Source of the DNA: Candidatus Binatia bacterium
GTDB lineage: Bacteria > Desulfobacterota > Binatia > UBA9968 > JAJDTQ01
NCBI GenBank assembly: GCA_963666515.2
Contig: OY762897.2
Coordinates: 3,584,001 to 3,648,000 of the forward strand
DNA length: 64,000 bases
Direction of reading: 5' to 3'
The notes beneath the pieces are model-generated. The model was not told where the DNA came from, ran no database searches, and was given only the letters and a program-made list of their open reading frames with translations. Below, in pieces: positions 26,686 through 35,965 of this stretch. Numbering within the stretch: position 1 is the first letter of the stretch; every line of letters begins with the position of its first letter. The position numbers were made by a program, and so were the translations under genes.

Positions 26686-27837
26686 TCAGGTGAGTCCATA
26701 GAAACCGGCGGCGTTGTCCCACGTGAGCTTTCGCTTCTTCGCATCGGACATGCCTTCGCACTGACGCTCCACCGCGTCCCTCGAGGTCGGCCAGGTGGCG
26801 CCGCCGTGCGGATAGTCACTCGCCCACATGACGTTGTCCAGCATGTCGAAGACTTCCGCTCCGAGAATGCCGGCGCGATCCTCCTGGAACGTCACGTAGA
26901 CTTGGCGTCGGATCATTTCACTGGGAAGCGCCGCGTCCCTCGACGCCACCGACGCCTCGGATTGGGCTCTTTTCAGGGCGCCGTCCATGCAGTTCATATA
27001 CGGAAGCACCCAGGACAGGTCATACTCCGCGAAAACGACTCGAAGCCGCGGATGATTCTGGAGCGCTCCGCCGAACGTCAACTCCGTGAGGAGCCCCAGA
27101 GGCTCCAGGATGCCGCGTCTCAACGAGTTCTGGCCCTGTTGAACCGGCGAGATGTTCTTGAGCCGCGCCCGCATCCTGTCCACGCCCTGCAGGATATTGA
27201 CGTGGATGTGGATCGGGAAATCCATGTCCTCGGCCTTGGTCCACAGCGGCTCGAATTCCGGATCCGCGTAGCTCATGCCCTCGGGCAGGCCCGACGGTAT
27301 GAGCACGCCCTTGTGACCCAACTTGGCGCAACGCTCCATCTCGTCCAGCGACCACTCCACGTCGAGTGCCGAAAGAATTCCCACGGCGAGAAGCCGGTCG
27401 GGCGCGAAGTTGGCGTACTCGATGATCCAGTCGTTGTAGGCTGTCAGGCCCGCTTTCTGCAGCTCCGTTTCCGCGCCCTTCAGGGAGAAGAAATTGCGCG
27501 CCATGCTCGGATAGAGCACCTCCGTCTTGACCCCGTCGAGGTCCATGTCGTGCAAACGCGCCGCCGGGTCCCAGGGGCCGCGCCAGCTTTCCCACGTGAA
27601 GTTCTCGATGACGTCGATGATCTTGCCGCCTTTGGCCTGCACCCCGGCGGTAAAGGTCATGCCGACCGGGTCGGGTTCGTGGCCATCGAAGACCATGTAG
27701 AGACCCTTCTTGCCCGGCGGGTCCTGGACGAAGTGAGGCCCGTGCTCACGGAGCCTTTTCGGTATTCGCTCCCAAGCCTCCGGCGGCTCGTTGACGTGGG
27801 AATCCGCTGAGAAGAATCTTGCCTCTTCCTGAGCCAT
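26686..27837 (-). CDS. Amidohydrolase family protein (amidohydro_2)
   Basis: SADSHVNEP, DMDLDGV..EVLYPS, AYNDW, IHIH, MWASDYPH. Confidence 0.92.
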   Translation of the reverse strand: MAQEEARFFSADSHVNEPPEAWERIPKRLREHGPHFVQDPPGKKGLYMVFDGHEPDPVGMTFTAGVQAKGGKIIDVIENFTWESWRGPWDPAARLHDMDLDGVKTEVLYPSMARNFFSLKGAETELQKAGLTAYNDWIIEYANFAPDRLLAVGILSALDVEWSLDEMERCAKLGHKGVLIPSGLPEGMSYADPEFEPLWTKAEDMDFPIHIHVNILQGVDRMRARLKNISPVQQGQNSLRRGILEPLGLLTELTFGGALQNHPRLRVVFAEYDLSWVLPYMNCMDGALKRAQSEASVASRDAALPSEMIRRQVYVTFQEDRAGILGAEVFDMLDNVMWASDYPHGGATWPTSRDAVERQCEGMSDAKKRKLTWDNAAGFYGLT

Positions 27838-27869
27838 ACCTTGCCTCCTCTGTTCTCAAAAGACCCACG

Positions 27870-27900
27870 GGAGAGTATCTATACGGGACAGGAGAGTATC
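27870..27900. promoter_or_regulatory. Direct repeat in a divergent promoter region (possible regulator sites)
   Basis: GGAGAGTATC at 27870-27879 and 27891-27900 (21-nt period). Confidence 0.3.
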
Positions 27901-27941
27901 CGTAACCTGTTCCCACTGTCAATCATGCGGATCGCGCGGCA

Positions 27942-29024
27942 ATGACACGGTTTTCCGTCACACTCAGGTCTTTCTGCTCCTGCATAGCAGCCTCTCTGTT
28001 GTTACTTTCGCCGGGGGCGGGGGCGGCGGCCTCCCTGGACGACGAGTACGTCACCTGGAAACGCCACTGGGCCGTCACCGGCACGAAGTTCGAGATCTCC
28101 GTCAAGCGGTTCCGTCTCAACAAGAACCTGCGGCACCCGCGGCCCGTCATCCTGATCCACGGCCTGCTGGTGGACAGCCGGTTCCTCGACTTCGGCGGGG
28201 CCAGCCTGGCCGAATACCTGGCCGAGGCAGGGTTCGACGTCTGGAACCTGTCGTTGCGGGGCACCGGCCGGAGCCTCAACCCGCTGGGTTGGGGCAACAA
28301 GCCCTGGACCCTCGACGACGTCCTGAAGGACGACCTTCCGGCAGTCATCGAATACGTCGGGAAGGTCACCGGGACGGCCGAAGTATTCGTGGTGGGCTAC
28401 GAGTTGGGCGGGGTGCTCGCCCTCGCCCACGTCGGCACGGCCGGGGAACACAAGGTGGCGGGAATCGTGAGCATCGCCGCGCCCATGTCCTTCGACAGCC
28501 GCGAGCAGGACCGGCTCGACATCCTGCTCAGGCTGGACCGCCAGCCGACGCTGCGGAAAGCGCTTCTCTACTGGAACTCGTCGGGGATGAACCGGTTGCT
28601 GTTCATGGTCCCCGGGTTCAGGGAGGTGTTCTACAACCCCAAAAACATGGACCCGCAGGTCGCGCAGCAACTGCTGGAAACCCTCCTGATCCCGGTCAAC
28701 CCCGGCGTCCTGGAGCAAGTGATCACGGCCGTGGACAAGGACGAGTTCGTGTCCGCGGACGGCGCCACGAGCTACCGGGACGCGCTGTCCAACGTCCGTA
28801 TCCCGGTGCTCCTGGTGGGAGGCGCAGCCGACCTCATCGCGCCGCCGGACGCGCTGAAGAAAGTCTACTCGGAGCTTGCCTCGGAGGAACGCGACCTGAT
28901 GATCTTCTGGTCGGACCCCGACGAGGACACGAGCTACGGACACTTCGACCTGATCCTCGGCCGGAAGGCAGAGAAAGAGGTCTTTCCGCTGATCCGGCGC
29001 TGGCTCGAACTGCAAGATCAATGA
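27942..29024 (+). CDS. Secreted alpha/beta-fold hydrolase-like protein (PHA synthase/lipase-like) with an atypical elbow
   Basis: Signal peptide, PVILIHGL, LAEAGFDVWNLSLRG, GYELG elbow, GAADLIAP, YGHFDL. Confidence 0.8.
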   Translation: MTRFSVTLRSFCSCIAASLLLLSPGAGAAASLDDEYVTWKRHWAVTGTKFEISVKRFRLNKNLRHPRPVILIHGLLVDSRFLDFGGASLAEYLAEAGFDVWNLSLRGTGRSLNPLGWGNKPWTLDDVLKDDLPAVIEYVGKVTGTAEVFVVGYELGGVLALAHVGTAGEHKVAGIVSIAAPMSFDSREQDRLDILLRLDRQPTLRKALLYWNSSGMNRLLFMVPGFREVFYNPKNMDPQVAQQLLETLLIPVNPGVLEQVITAVDKDEFVSADGATSYRDALSNVRIPVLLVGGAADLIAPPDALKKVYSELASEERDLMIFWSDPDEDTSYGHFDLILGRKAEKEVFPLIRRWLELQDQ

Positions 29025-29030
29025 ATGCGC

Positions 29031-29074
29031 CCCTTCGACAGGCTCAGGGCAGGCCTTTCGACTTCGCTCCGCTA
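29031..29074. repeat. REP-like repeat remnants
   Basis: CCCTTCGACAGGCTCAGGGC followed by TTCGACTTCGCTCCGCTA, same family as 16196-16255. Confidence 0.75.
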
Positions 29075-29106
29075 AAGTTTGGCCGTCGCGCGCCGACTAT
29101 TCCTGT

Positions 29107-29883
29107 ATGGGCGAAGCGACGGCAACAGCGGCGCCGGAACTGGCGCGCGGGTTACTGCTCTTCTTCATCGGGTCCTGTCTCGGCAGCTTCCTGAACGTCT
29201 GCATCACCCGGCTTCCCGAGGGCGAGTCCGTGCTCGTCCCCGCGTCGCATTGCCGCTCGTGCAACGCCAGGATTCCGGCCTGGGCCATGGTCCCCCTGGT
29301 CGGTTACATCCTGTTGCGCGCGCACTGTGTCCACTGCGGAGTCCTCATCCCGCCGCGCTATTTTCTGGTCGAGCTGTGCGCCGCGGCCATGACGCTTGCG
29401 TGGCGCCGCCGGTTCGGCGCCGGCCCCCTCTTCGCCGTCCAGCTTTCCTTCGCCGGCGCTCTGCTGGCCGCGGCCGTCATCGACTTCGAGACCGGGATCA
29501 TTCCCGACGCCATCAGCGTCTACGGCACGGCCTGGGCCTTCGCCGTGTCCTGGTGCGCCCCGGCGCTCTCGATCCCGGACTGGCCGTCGCCGCTCAGCTC
29601 TCTCCTGGGCTCGCTGCTTGGCGGGGGCGTGCTGCTGGCCACGGCCCGGGCCTACCGCGCGGTGACCGGCCGGGACGGCCTCGGCGGCGGCGACATCAAG
29701 TTGTTGGCCATGATCGGCGCCTTCGCCGGCTGGGACGGCGTCCCCGGCATCCTGTTCCGTAGCGCTCTCGCGGGAACCCTCTGGGGCCTCGGGCTCATGG
29801 TCCTGCGGAAGGACGCGTCGCTGACGACTCCCTTGCCGTTCGCGCCGTTCCTGTGCCTGGGCGCCCTGCTGCGGACGACTTGA
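29107..29883 (+). CDS. pilD: Prepilin peptidase (A24)
   Basis: GSFLNVCITRLP, CRSC...CVHC zinc site, IDF, GGGDIKL, PFAPFL. Confidence 0.92.
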   Translation: MGEATATAAPELARGLLLFFIGSCLGSFLNVCITRLPEGESVLVPASHCRSCNARIPAWAMVPLVGYILLRAHCVHCGVLIPPRYFLVELCAAAMTLAWRRRFGAGPLFAVQLSFAGALLAAAVIDFETGIIPDAISVYGTAWAFAVSWCAPALSIPDWPSPLSSLLGSLLGGGVLLATARAYRAVTGRDGLGGGDIKLLAMIGAFAGWDGVPGILFRSALAGTLWGLGLMVLRKDASLTTPLPFAPFLCLGALLRTT

Positions 29884-29889
29884 GGACGG

Positions 29890-30357
29890 GTGACGCCGAT
29901 GTTGCGGGACCTCAGACAAACCGCCGGCTTCTCGCTGCTGGGCCAGCTCATCACCCTGACCCTGGCAGGCATCCTGATCGCCGTCGCCGTGCCCGGCTAC
30001 ATGAAGATCCTGCCCAGGCATCGGCTCAACGGCGCGGCGCGGCAGGTGGCGGCAGATCTCATGTGGGCGCGCATGAAGGCCATCCAGAGGAACAACCGGC
30101 ACCGGGTCTTCTTCCTCAACGACCGCGAGTACCGGATCCTCGACGACGCCGACAACGACGGCGCCGTGGACCCCGGCGAATGGACCGTTACCCGCAGCCT
30201 GCGGGAGGACTATCGGGACGTGGTGATGCGTTCCAACAACAACCCGATCTTCAGCCCCAGGGGTACGGCCAGCAGCCTGGCCACCATTACGCTGACCAAT
30301 GACGCCGGCGCGAAGCGCATCAGCATCAGCATTGCCGGGCGCGTGCGCATCCGGTGA
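29890..30357 (+). CDS. FimT/GspH-like minor pilin
   Basis: G|FSLLG class III signal, LNGAARQVAADL..AR.KAI, IFSPRG, ISIAGRVRI. Confidence 0.85.
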   Translation: MTPMLRDLRQTAGFSLLGQLITLTLAGILIAVAVPGYMKILPRHRLNGAARQVAADLMWARMKAIQRNNRHRVFFLNDREYRILDDADNDGAVDPGEWTVTRSLREDYRDVVMRSNNNPIFSPRGTASSLATITLTNDAGAKRISISIAGRVRIR

Positions 30358-30369
30358 AAGGGGCAGGCA

Positions 30370-30744
30370 ATGGCGCGGCTCCGTCCGTCCCGTGAGGGTT
30401 TTTCCATGATCGAACTGCTGGTGGCGATGCTGATCCTGTCGACGGGGCTGCTGGGCATCGGGCGTCTGACCATCGCGGTCATCGAGGGAAACACGAGGAG
30501 CCGGAACCACGGCGTCGCCACCCTGCTGGCCCAGGACCGGATCGAGGCCCTCAAGGGGCTCGGCGGGGGAAGCGTCGCTCCGACCACGGAGAACTACGGG
30601 ACGATGCCGGGGTTCCTCCACTACAAGCGCGTCACCGGCGTCCGGCACAACGTGCCCGAAGTCGGCTTGAGCACCGTCACCGTAACGGTTTACTGGGACG
30701 GGGATGCGCGGTCGTCCGCGTTGCAGACCGTGCTGCGCCGATGA
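30370..30744 (+). CDS. PilV-like minor pilin
   Basis: G|FSMIELLVAMLILSTGLLG, ATLLAQDRIE, VTVTVYW. Confidence 0.85.
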   Translation: MARLRPSREGFSMIELLVAMLILSTGLLGIGRLTIAVIEGNTRSRNHGVATLLAQDRIEALKGLGGGSVAPTTENYGTMPGFLHYKRVTGVRHNVPEVGLSTVTVTVYWDGDARSSALQTVLRR

Positions 30745-31349
30745 AGCCGTCTCCATCCCTGCGCCGCCCTCCAGGGCGCCGGCGCGACTGGCGAGGGTTC
30801 ACCCTCATCGAGCTGCTGGTGGTCCTGTCGATCCAGGGGATACTGCTGGCAGCGGTGGTGGCGAGCTTTTCCGGCCAGCTCGCCGCCTACGACCTCCAGG
30901 AACAGCTCAACGCCATGCAGCAGAACGCCCGCGCGGCCATGACCCTGGTGGTCCGGGAGGCTCGGACCGCGGGCTACGATCCCACGCGGTCGGGGGTCGC
31001 CGGGATCATCTACCACCCTACCCGTCTGGTCATCAGGGCCGACCACAACGGCGACGGGGACGTGCTCGACCCCAACGAACGAGTCGCCTACTACCACGAC
31101 CCGAAGCGGCGGCAACTCAAGCGCAGCACCGGAGGCGGCGGGCAGCCCCTGGCCGAAGACGTGCAGGGCTTCACGGTGGAGCACCTCGACGCCGCCGGCA
31201 ACGCCACCACGGTGACCGCGCGGATCCGGCAGGTCCGCATCAGCGTGACGGCGAGGACCGGCAAACGGGACCCGCGCTACCCCCTGAACGGCGGCTACCG
31301 CACCCATACGGTACGCACGGTCGTGGCTCCCGCCAACCTGGGATTGTAG
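30741..31349 (+). CDS. PilW-like minor pilin
   Basis: G|FTLIELLV, MQQNARAAM..VRE.R.AGY, QPLAEDV, IRQVRISVTART. Confidence 0.85.
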   Translation: MKPSPSLRRPPGRRRDWRGFTLIELLVVLSIQGILLAAVVASFSGQLAAYDLQEQLNAMQQNARAAMTLVVREARTAGYDPTRSGVAGIIYHPTRLVIRADHNGDGDVLDPNERVAYYHDPKRRQLKRSTGGGGQPLAEDVQGFTVEHLDAAGNATTVTARIRQVRISVTARTGKRDPRYPLNGGYRTHTVRTVVAPANLGL

Positions 31350-31389
31350 TCAACGGAGCATCCTTCCCCTCTCCCGAAGGGACAAGGGG

Positions 31390-31566
31390 CTATTGCGGTC
31401 GCGGCGGGTCGTCGCCGGGCCGGACCAGGACGTACTCGCAGCCCTGCTTCTCCGGGAGCTCCCGAAGCTGCGCGATGACCTCCGCCGCTTCCTCGCGCGA
31501 GTAGAAGAGCCCCACCGTGCTGGTCTCGCCGCCGGGCCGGCGCTCCTCGAGGTAGAACTTGTCCAC
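31390..31566 (-). CDS. Small hypothetical protein (58 aa)
   Basis: Not in the ORF track; GTG start 10 nt after the upstream gene's stop; MDKFYLEERRPGGETSTVGLFYSREEAAEVIAQLRELPEKQGCEYVLVRPGDDPPRPQ with host-like GC3 bias. Confidence 0.6.
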   Translation of the reverse strand: MDKFYLEERRPGGETSTVGLFYSREEAAEVIAQLRELPEKQGCEYVLVRPGDDPPRPQ

Positions 31567-31575
31567 GGAAGGGGC

Positions 31576-32478
31576 TCAGTACTTGGGGGTCTTGTAGCCG
31601 ACCCGCTTGCGCTCCTTCATGAAGGTCTTGAAGGTGGTGCGGTGGCTGCGCACGTTGTAGGGGCAGACGTCCACGCACAGGTGGCAGTACTCGTCCCGCA
31701 GGCGGGAGTACGGGTAGCACTTCTCCAGGTCGATCAGCCAGCGCTTGACGCCGTCGGTGACCACGTGGTCCTCGGGGATCGCGTCGCCGGGGCAGTTCTG
31801 CATGCACACGTTGCAGTTCATGCAAAAGTCCTGGACGCCGAACTCGTGGGGCTCGTCCACGTCGAGCGGCAGGTCGGTGGTGACCATCCCGGGCCTGAAG
31901 TCCGCTCCGTACTTCTCGTTGATGAGGCTGCCGTGCCGGCCCAGCTCGCCGAACCCCACCTGGTAGAAGACCGGGATGGCCTGCACTTCCCGGACGCCGT
32001 TGTGATGGGCCCAGGCGGGATAGCCGAGGTCGCGGATGTAGGCGGCCAGCTCGGTGGAGAGGTCGGAGCACGCCGCGTAGACCCGCATGGCCTCCTCCTC
32101 CACCGCGTCCGCCCCCTCCAGCACCTTGTGGTAGTCCTCGACGATGCAGGCCGCGATGACGAACTCGTGGGGGACCTCCTCGCCCAGGTCGATCATGGTG
32201 GGCGTGAGCCGGCAAATACCCACCAGGTCCGCGCCCAGCTCCCGGGCCTTGGCCTTGATCCGCGCGGTCATGGCGGAACGGTCGGTCACCTCGACGCGCT
32301 CGGGGTTCACCGGGCCGTCCCGGAACTTGGCGTTCTCCACCCAACGCCGGGTGTAGGCCACCACCTTCTCGGAACGGCTTGCGTAGTGAGGCACCTCCTC
32401 CAGTCCCAGGTCATGGACCATGGAGGCCAGCACCGGATCGGCCATTCCCTGCATTCGTCTCGGCGTCGTTCCGCGCAT
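31576..32478 (-). CDS. Reductive dehalogenase/QueG-family 2x[4Fe-4S] protein
   Basis: ARELGADLVGI, LAAYIRDLGYPA, GFGELGRHGSLI..KYG, VTTDLPL, CMNCNVCMQNCP, C...CHLCVDVCP. Confidence 0.8.
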   Translation of the reverse strand: MRGTTPRRMQGMADPVLASMVHDLGLEEVPHYASRSEKVVAYTRRWVENAKFRDGPVNPERVEVTDRSAMTARIKAKARELGADLVGICRLTPTMIDLGEEVPHEFVIAACIVEDYHKVLEGADAVEEEAMRVYAACSDLSTELAAYIRDLGYPAWAHHNGVREVQAIPVFYQVGFGELGRHGSLINEKYGADFRPGMVTTDLPLDVDEPHEFGVQDFCMNCNVCMQNCPGDAIPEDHVVTDGVKRWLIDLEKCYPYSRLRDEYCHLCVDVCPYNVRSHRTTFKTFMKERKRVGYKTPKY

Positions 32479-32738
32479 GGAGGGCTCCCTTGTTTCGAGG
32501 ACGCCCCGGTGGGAGCGTCACCTCCATAATGCTCCGCCACTGTGCTCCGCCACTGCTGCCCGGATCAGCCGTACCAGAACAAGGGGCCGCGTTGCAATAC
32601 GAGTCCTTCCGACGGCCGGAAGGGGGCGGCCGGGCAGCCGTCCGGTTGGGCAGCCGTCCCTTTCTCGTGTAATATCCTGTGCACGTGCGGGAACCCGCCT
32701 CGATCCGGCGGGGCGGACGTTGAACGGGGCGGGTTCGA

Positions 32739-33383
32739 ATGCTGCGTTTCGTGACCATCGAGGGAGGGGACGGGTCGGGAAAGAGCCGTCACATCCGGCT
32801 GCTCGGCGAGCATCTGGCTTCACGGGGCATGTCCCCGCTGATCACCCGGGAGCCGGGCGACACGCCGATGGGCAAGGAGTTGAGACGGCTCCTGGTGGAA
32901 GGCGGCCCGGACTCCCTGTCCGACGAGACCGAGCTGTTCCTGATCCTGGCGGACCGGGCCCAGCACGTGCGCGAGGTGGTCCGACCGGCCTTCGAGCAGG
33001 GCAGGCTCGTGGTGTCCGACCGCTACGCCGATTCGACGCTGGCGTACCAGGGCTACGGGCGGGGCATGGACCTGGACCTGTTGCGACGTCTGAACCTCGT
33101 CGCCACTGGCGGCACCATGCCGGAGTTGACCATCGTCCTGGACTGTCCGGTAGAAGTGGCGCTGGCCCGGGCCGCGGAACGGCAGGACGGTAGCGGCGCG
33201 CGCGAAGACCGTTTCGAAGCCGAAGGGATTACGTTTCAGCGCCGGGTGCGCGAGGGATTCCTCGAATTGGCCGAGGCCGAGCCCTCGCGCTGCGTGGTGG
33301 TCCCGACCGACGGCACGGTTATGGCGGCCCAGGAACAGATGAGGCGGATCATCGACGAACGCCTTCACGGGGGTGGAGGCTAG
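32739..33383 (+). CDS. tmk: Thymidylate kinase
   Basis: IEGGDGSGKS, TREPG, ADRAQH, SDRYADSTLAYQG. Confidence 0.96.
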   Translation: MLRFVTIEGGDGSGKSRHIRLLGEHLASRGMSPLITREPGDTPMGKELRRLLVEGGPDSLSDETELFLILADRAQHVREVVRPAFEQGRLVVSDRYADSTLAYQGYGRGMDLDLLRRLNLVATGGTMPELTIVLDCPVEVALARAAERQDGSGAREDRFEAEGITFQRRVREGFLELAEAEPSRCVVVPTDGTVMAAQEQMRRIIDERLHGGGG

Positions 33384-33390
33384 AGACGTA

Positions 33391-34374
33391 ATGCTGCGGT
33401 TTCAGGACATCGTCGGCCATCAGGGCCAGATCGAGCTGTTGCGACGCGCCGTGGACCGCGACCGGCTTCACCACGCCTATCTCTTCGCTGGCCCGGAGGG
33501 CGCCGGCAAGAGGACCGTGGCCACGGCCCTGGCGGGGGCGGTCCAGTGCAGTGAAGGCGGTGCGGACGCCTGCGGCGCGTGCCCGAGCTGCCGATGCATC
33601 GACGACCGCAACCACCCGGACGTGCACTGGCTGGAGCAGCGCAAGGGCAAGCGCGACATCACCATCGAGCAGGTGCGGGAGCTGCAGCGGCAGTTGGCCC
33701 TGCGCCGCTTCAACGGGAGGAAGAAGGTCGCCATCGTCGATCCTTTGACGCTCATGAACCTGCACGCCCAGAACGCGCTGCTCAAGACGCTGGAGGAACC
33801 GTCGGACCACTCGCTGCTGATCCTCGTCACCGAGAGCACCGGCGGGGTTCTTCCGACGGTGCTGTCCCGCTGCCTGCAGCTCCGGTTCTCGCCGCTTACG
33901 GTGGAACAGGCGGCCGCGGTCGTGGCCCGGCGCAGGGATATACCGGAAGACCGGGCGCTGCTGCTGGCCGCGGTGAGCTACGGCAGCCTCGGCAAGGCGC
34001 TGGCCGCGGACGAGACCGAGGGGCTGGACCAGCGGCAGGAGTGCTTCCGGCGGCTGTCGGCGCTTTCGCCCGACGACGTGCGCGGGGTCACGGCGCTGGC
34101 CGAGGAGATGGGCGGCGACCGGGACAAGGCGTTGCGATTCCTCGACTGGGTCAAGGGATGGCTGCGCGACATCATGGTGCTCCAGGTCACGGGCTCCACC
34201 GACACGGTGTACAACCGGGACCTGCTCGAACCGCTCCGGCGCGCCGCCGCTGCCGGCGGGGTGCGGCAATCGACGGCAGCCCTGGCCGAGATCGACAACG
34301 TCACCCGGGCCATTCACCGGAACTACAACCGGCGCATGGTTCTGGAGGGCTTCATTCCCATGCTATTGAACTGA
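33391..34374 (+). CDS. holB: DNA polymerase III subunit delta'
   Basis: HHAYLFAGPEGAGK, C..ACGACPSC zinc module, HPD, AQNALLKTLEEP, LPTVLSRC. Confidence 0.95.
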   Translation: MLRFQDIVGHQGQIELLRRAVDRDRLHHAYLFAGPEGAGKRTVATALAGAVQCSEGGADACGACPSCRCIDDRNHPDVHWLEQRKGKRDITIEQVRELQRQLALRRFNGRKKVAIVDPLTLMNLHAQNALLKTLEEPSDHSLLILVTESTGGVLPTVLSRCLQLRFSPLTVEQAAAVVARRRDIPEDRALLLAAVSYGSLGKALAADETEGLDQRQECFRRLSALSPDDVRGVTALAEEMGGDRDKALRFLDWVKGWLRDIMVLQVTGSTDTVYNRDLLEPLRRAAAAGGVRQSTAALAEIDNVTRAIHRNYNRRMVLEGFIPMLLN

Positions 34375-34414
34375 CTACTGACCTGAATCGAGCCGAAGGG
34401 AATCTCAGACCGCC

Positions 34415-35965
34415 ATGGACCGGATATACTTCACCACGCCGATCTACTACGTGAACGCCCAGCCGCACCTGGGGCACACCTACACCACCATCATCGCGGA
34501 CACGCTGAAGCGCTATCACCGCATGCGGGGCAGGGACGCGTACTTCCTCACGGGCACGGACGAGCACGGCGACAAGATCGCCCGGGCCGCGGCCGCGGAC
34601 GGCACCGACCCCAACGCGTACACGGACCGCATCAGCGGAATGTTCCGGTCCACCTGGGACGCCTGCGGCATCGCCTACGACCACTTCATCCGCACCACCG
34701 ACGACTACCACAAGGCCACGGTGAGCCGGATCCTGCAGCACATCTACGACGCCGGCGACATTTACTTCGGCGAGTACGGCGGGTTCTACTGCTACGGCTG
34801 CGAGCGCTTCTACACCGAGAAGGAACTGCAGGACGGCAAGTGCCCGGACCACCAGACCGAGGCCGCCTACATCGAGGAGAAGAACTACTTCTTCCGCATG
34901 AACAAGTACCAGGACCGCCTCATCGAGCACCTGAACGAGAAGCCCGGCTTCGTCACGCCCCAGCGGTATCGCACCGAGGTGCTGGCGCTCCTGCGCGAGC
35001 CCCTGGAAGACCTGTGCATCTCCCGGCCCAGGAGCCGGCTGCAATGGGGCATCCCGCTGCCCTTCGACGGCGACTACGTGACCTACGTGTGGTTCGACGC
35101 GCTGATCAACTACGTGAGCGCGCTGGAGCACAAGGGCGGGGACTCCTTCGACGCCTACTGGCCCTGCTGCAACCACCTCATCGCCAAGGACATCCTGAAG
35201 CCCCACGCCGTCTTCTGGCCCACCATGCTCATGGCCGCGGGGTTGCCGCTCTACGACCGGCTCAACGTCCACGGCTACTGGATCATGGACAAGGGCAAGA
35301 TGTCCAAGAGCCTGGGCAACGTCATCCGCCCCCTCGACATGAAGGAACGCTACGGCATGGACGCGTTCCGCTACTACCTGCTGCGGGAGATGGTGTTCGG
35401 CCAGGACGCCACCTTCTCCATGGAAGCGTTCGTGAACCGGGTCAACGCCGACCTCGCCAACAACTTCGGCAACCTGGTGAGCCGGGTCCTCGCCATGCAG
35501 AAACGGTACTTCGGCAGCGTGGTCCAGCCCATGGGCGACGGCGACCGGCCGGAGGACCGGGAGCTAAGGGAAGCCTTTGAGACGGCCGCGGCCAACGTCG
35601 ACCGGCACATGGAAGAGATGGCCTTCCACCGCGCCCTGGAGTCGATCTTCGAGGCGGTGGACAAGACCAACCAGTACATCGTGCAGACCGCGCCGTTCAC
35701 CCTCGTCAAGGACCCGGACCAGAAGCCCCGGGTGGGCGAGATCCTGCACCACGTCCTGGAAAGCGTGCGCCTCACCGGCGACCTGCTGGCGCCGTTCCTC
35801 CCGGAGACGGGCGCCGCGGTGCGAAGGCTCCTGGGACTCCCCGCCAGTGACGCGCTCCAGGCCGAGTGGGGCGGCTCCTTCCCCGAAGGGCACCAAGTCC
35901 AACCGCCGGAAATCCTCTTCCCCCGGATCGAGGAGACGGAGGACGACGGCGACGCCGATGCCTGA
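34415..35965 (+). CDS. metG: Methionine--tRNA ligase (short form, no C-terminal dimerisation domain)
   Basis: TTPIYYVN..PHLGH, GTDEHG, YVWFDAL, KMSKS. Confidence 0.97.
   Translation: MDRIYFTTPIYYVNAQPHLGHTYTTIIADTLKRYHRMRGRDAYFLTGTDEHGDKIARAAAADGTDPNAYTDRISGMFRSTWDACGIAYDHFIRTTDDYHKATVSRILQHIYDAGDIYFGEYGGFYCYGCERFYTEKELQDGKCPDHQTEAAYIEEKNYFFRMNKYQDRLIEHLNEKPGFVTPQRYRTEVLALLREPLEDLCISRPRSRLQWGIPLPFDGDYVTYVWFDALINYVSALEHKGGDSFDAYWPCCNHLIAKDILKPHAVFWPTMLMAAGLPLYDRLNVHGYWIMDKGKMSKSLGNVIRPLDMKERYGMDAFRYYLLREMVFGQDATFSMEAFVNRVNADLANNFGNLVSRVLAMQKRYFGSVVQPMGDGDRPEDRELREAFETAAANVDRHMEEMAFHRALESIFEAVDKTNQYIVQTAPFTLVKDPDQKPRVGEILHHVLESVRLTGDLLAPFLPETGAAVRRLLGLPASDALQAEWGGSFPEGHQVQPPEILFPRIEETEDDGDADA

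Noticed and set aside
31360-31390. CCCCTCTCCC-GAAG-GGACAAGGGG imperfect hairpin
   Set aside because: Single degenerate copy; may be a weak terminator between convergent genes but cannot be supported as a repeat family from this window
32449-32478. Tat signal (PRRMQG) in the dehalogenase-like protein
   Set aside because: Does not fit RRxFLK and no hydrophobic h-region follows
32480-32738. Cobalamin riboswitch upstream of the RdhA/QueG-like gene
   Set aside because: GCCACTG occurs only on the wrong strand, as part of a short tandem duplication (TGCTCCGCCACTG x2); other conserved riboswitch elements are not seen
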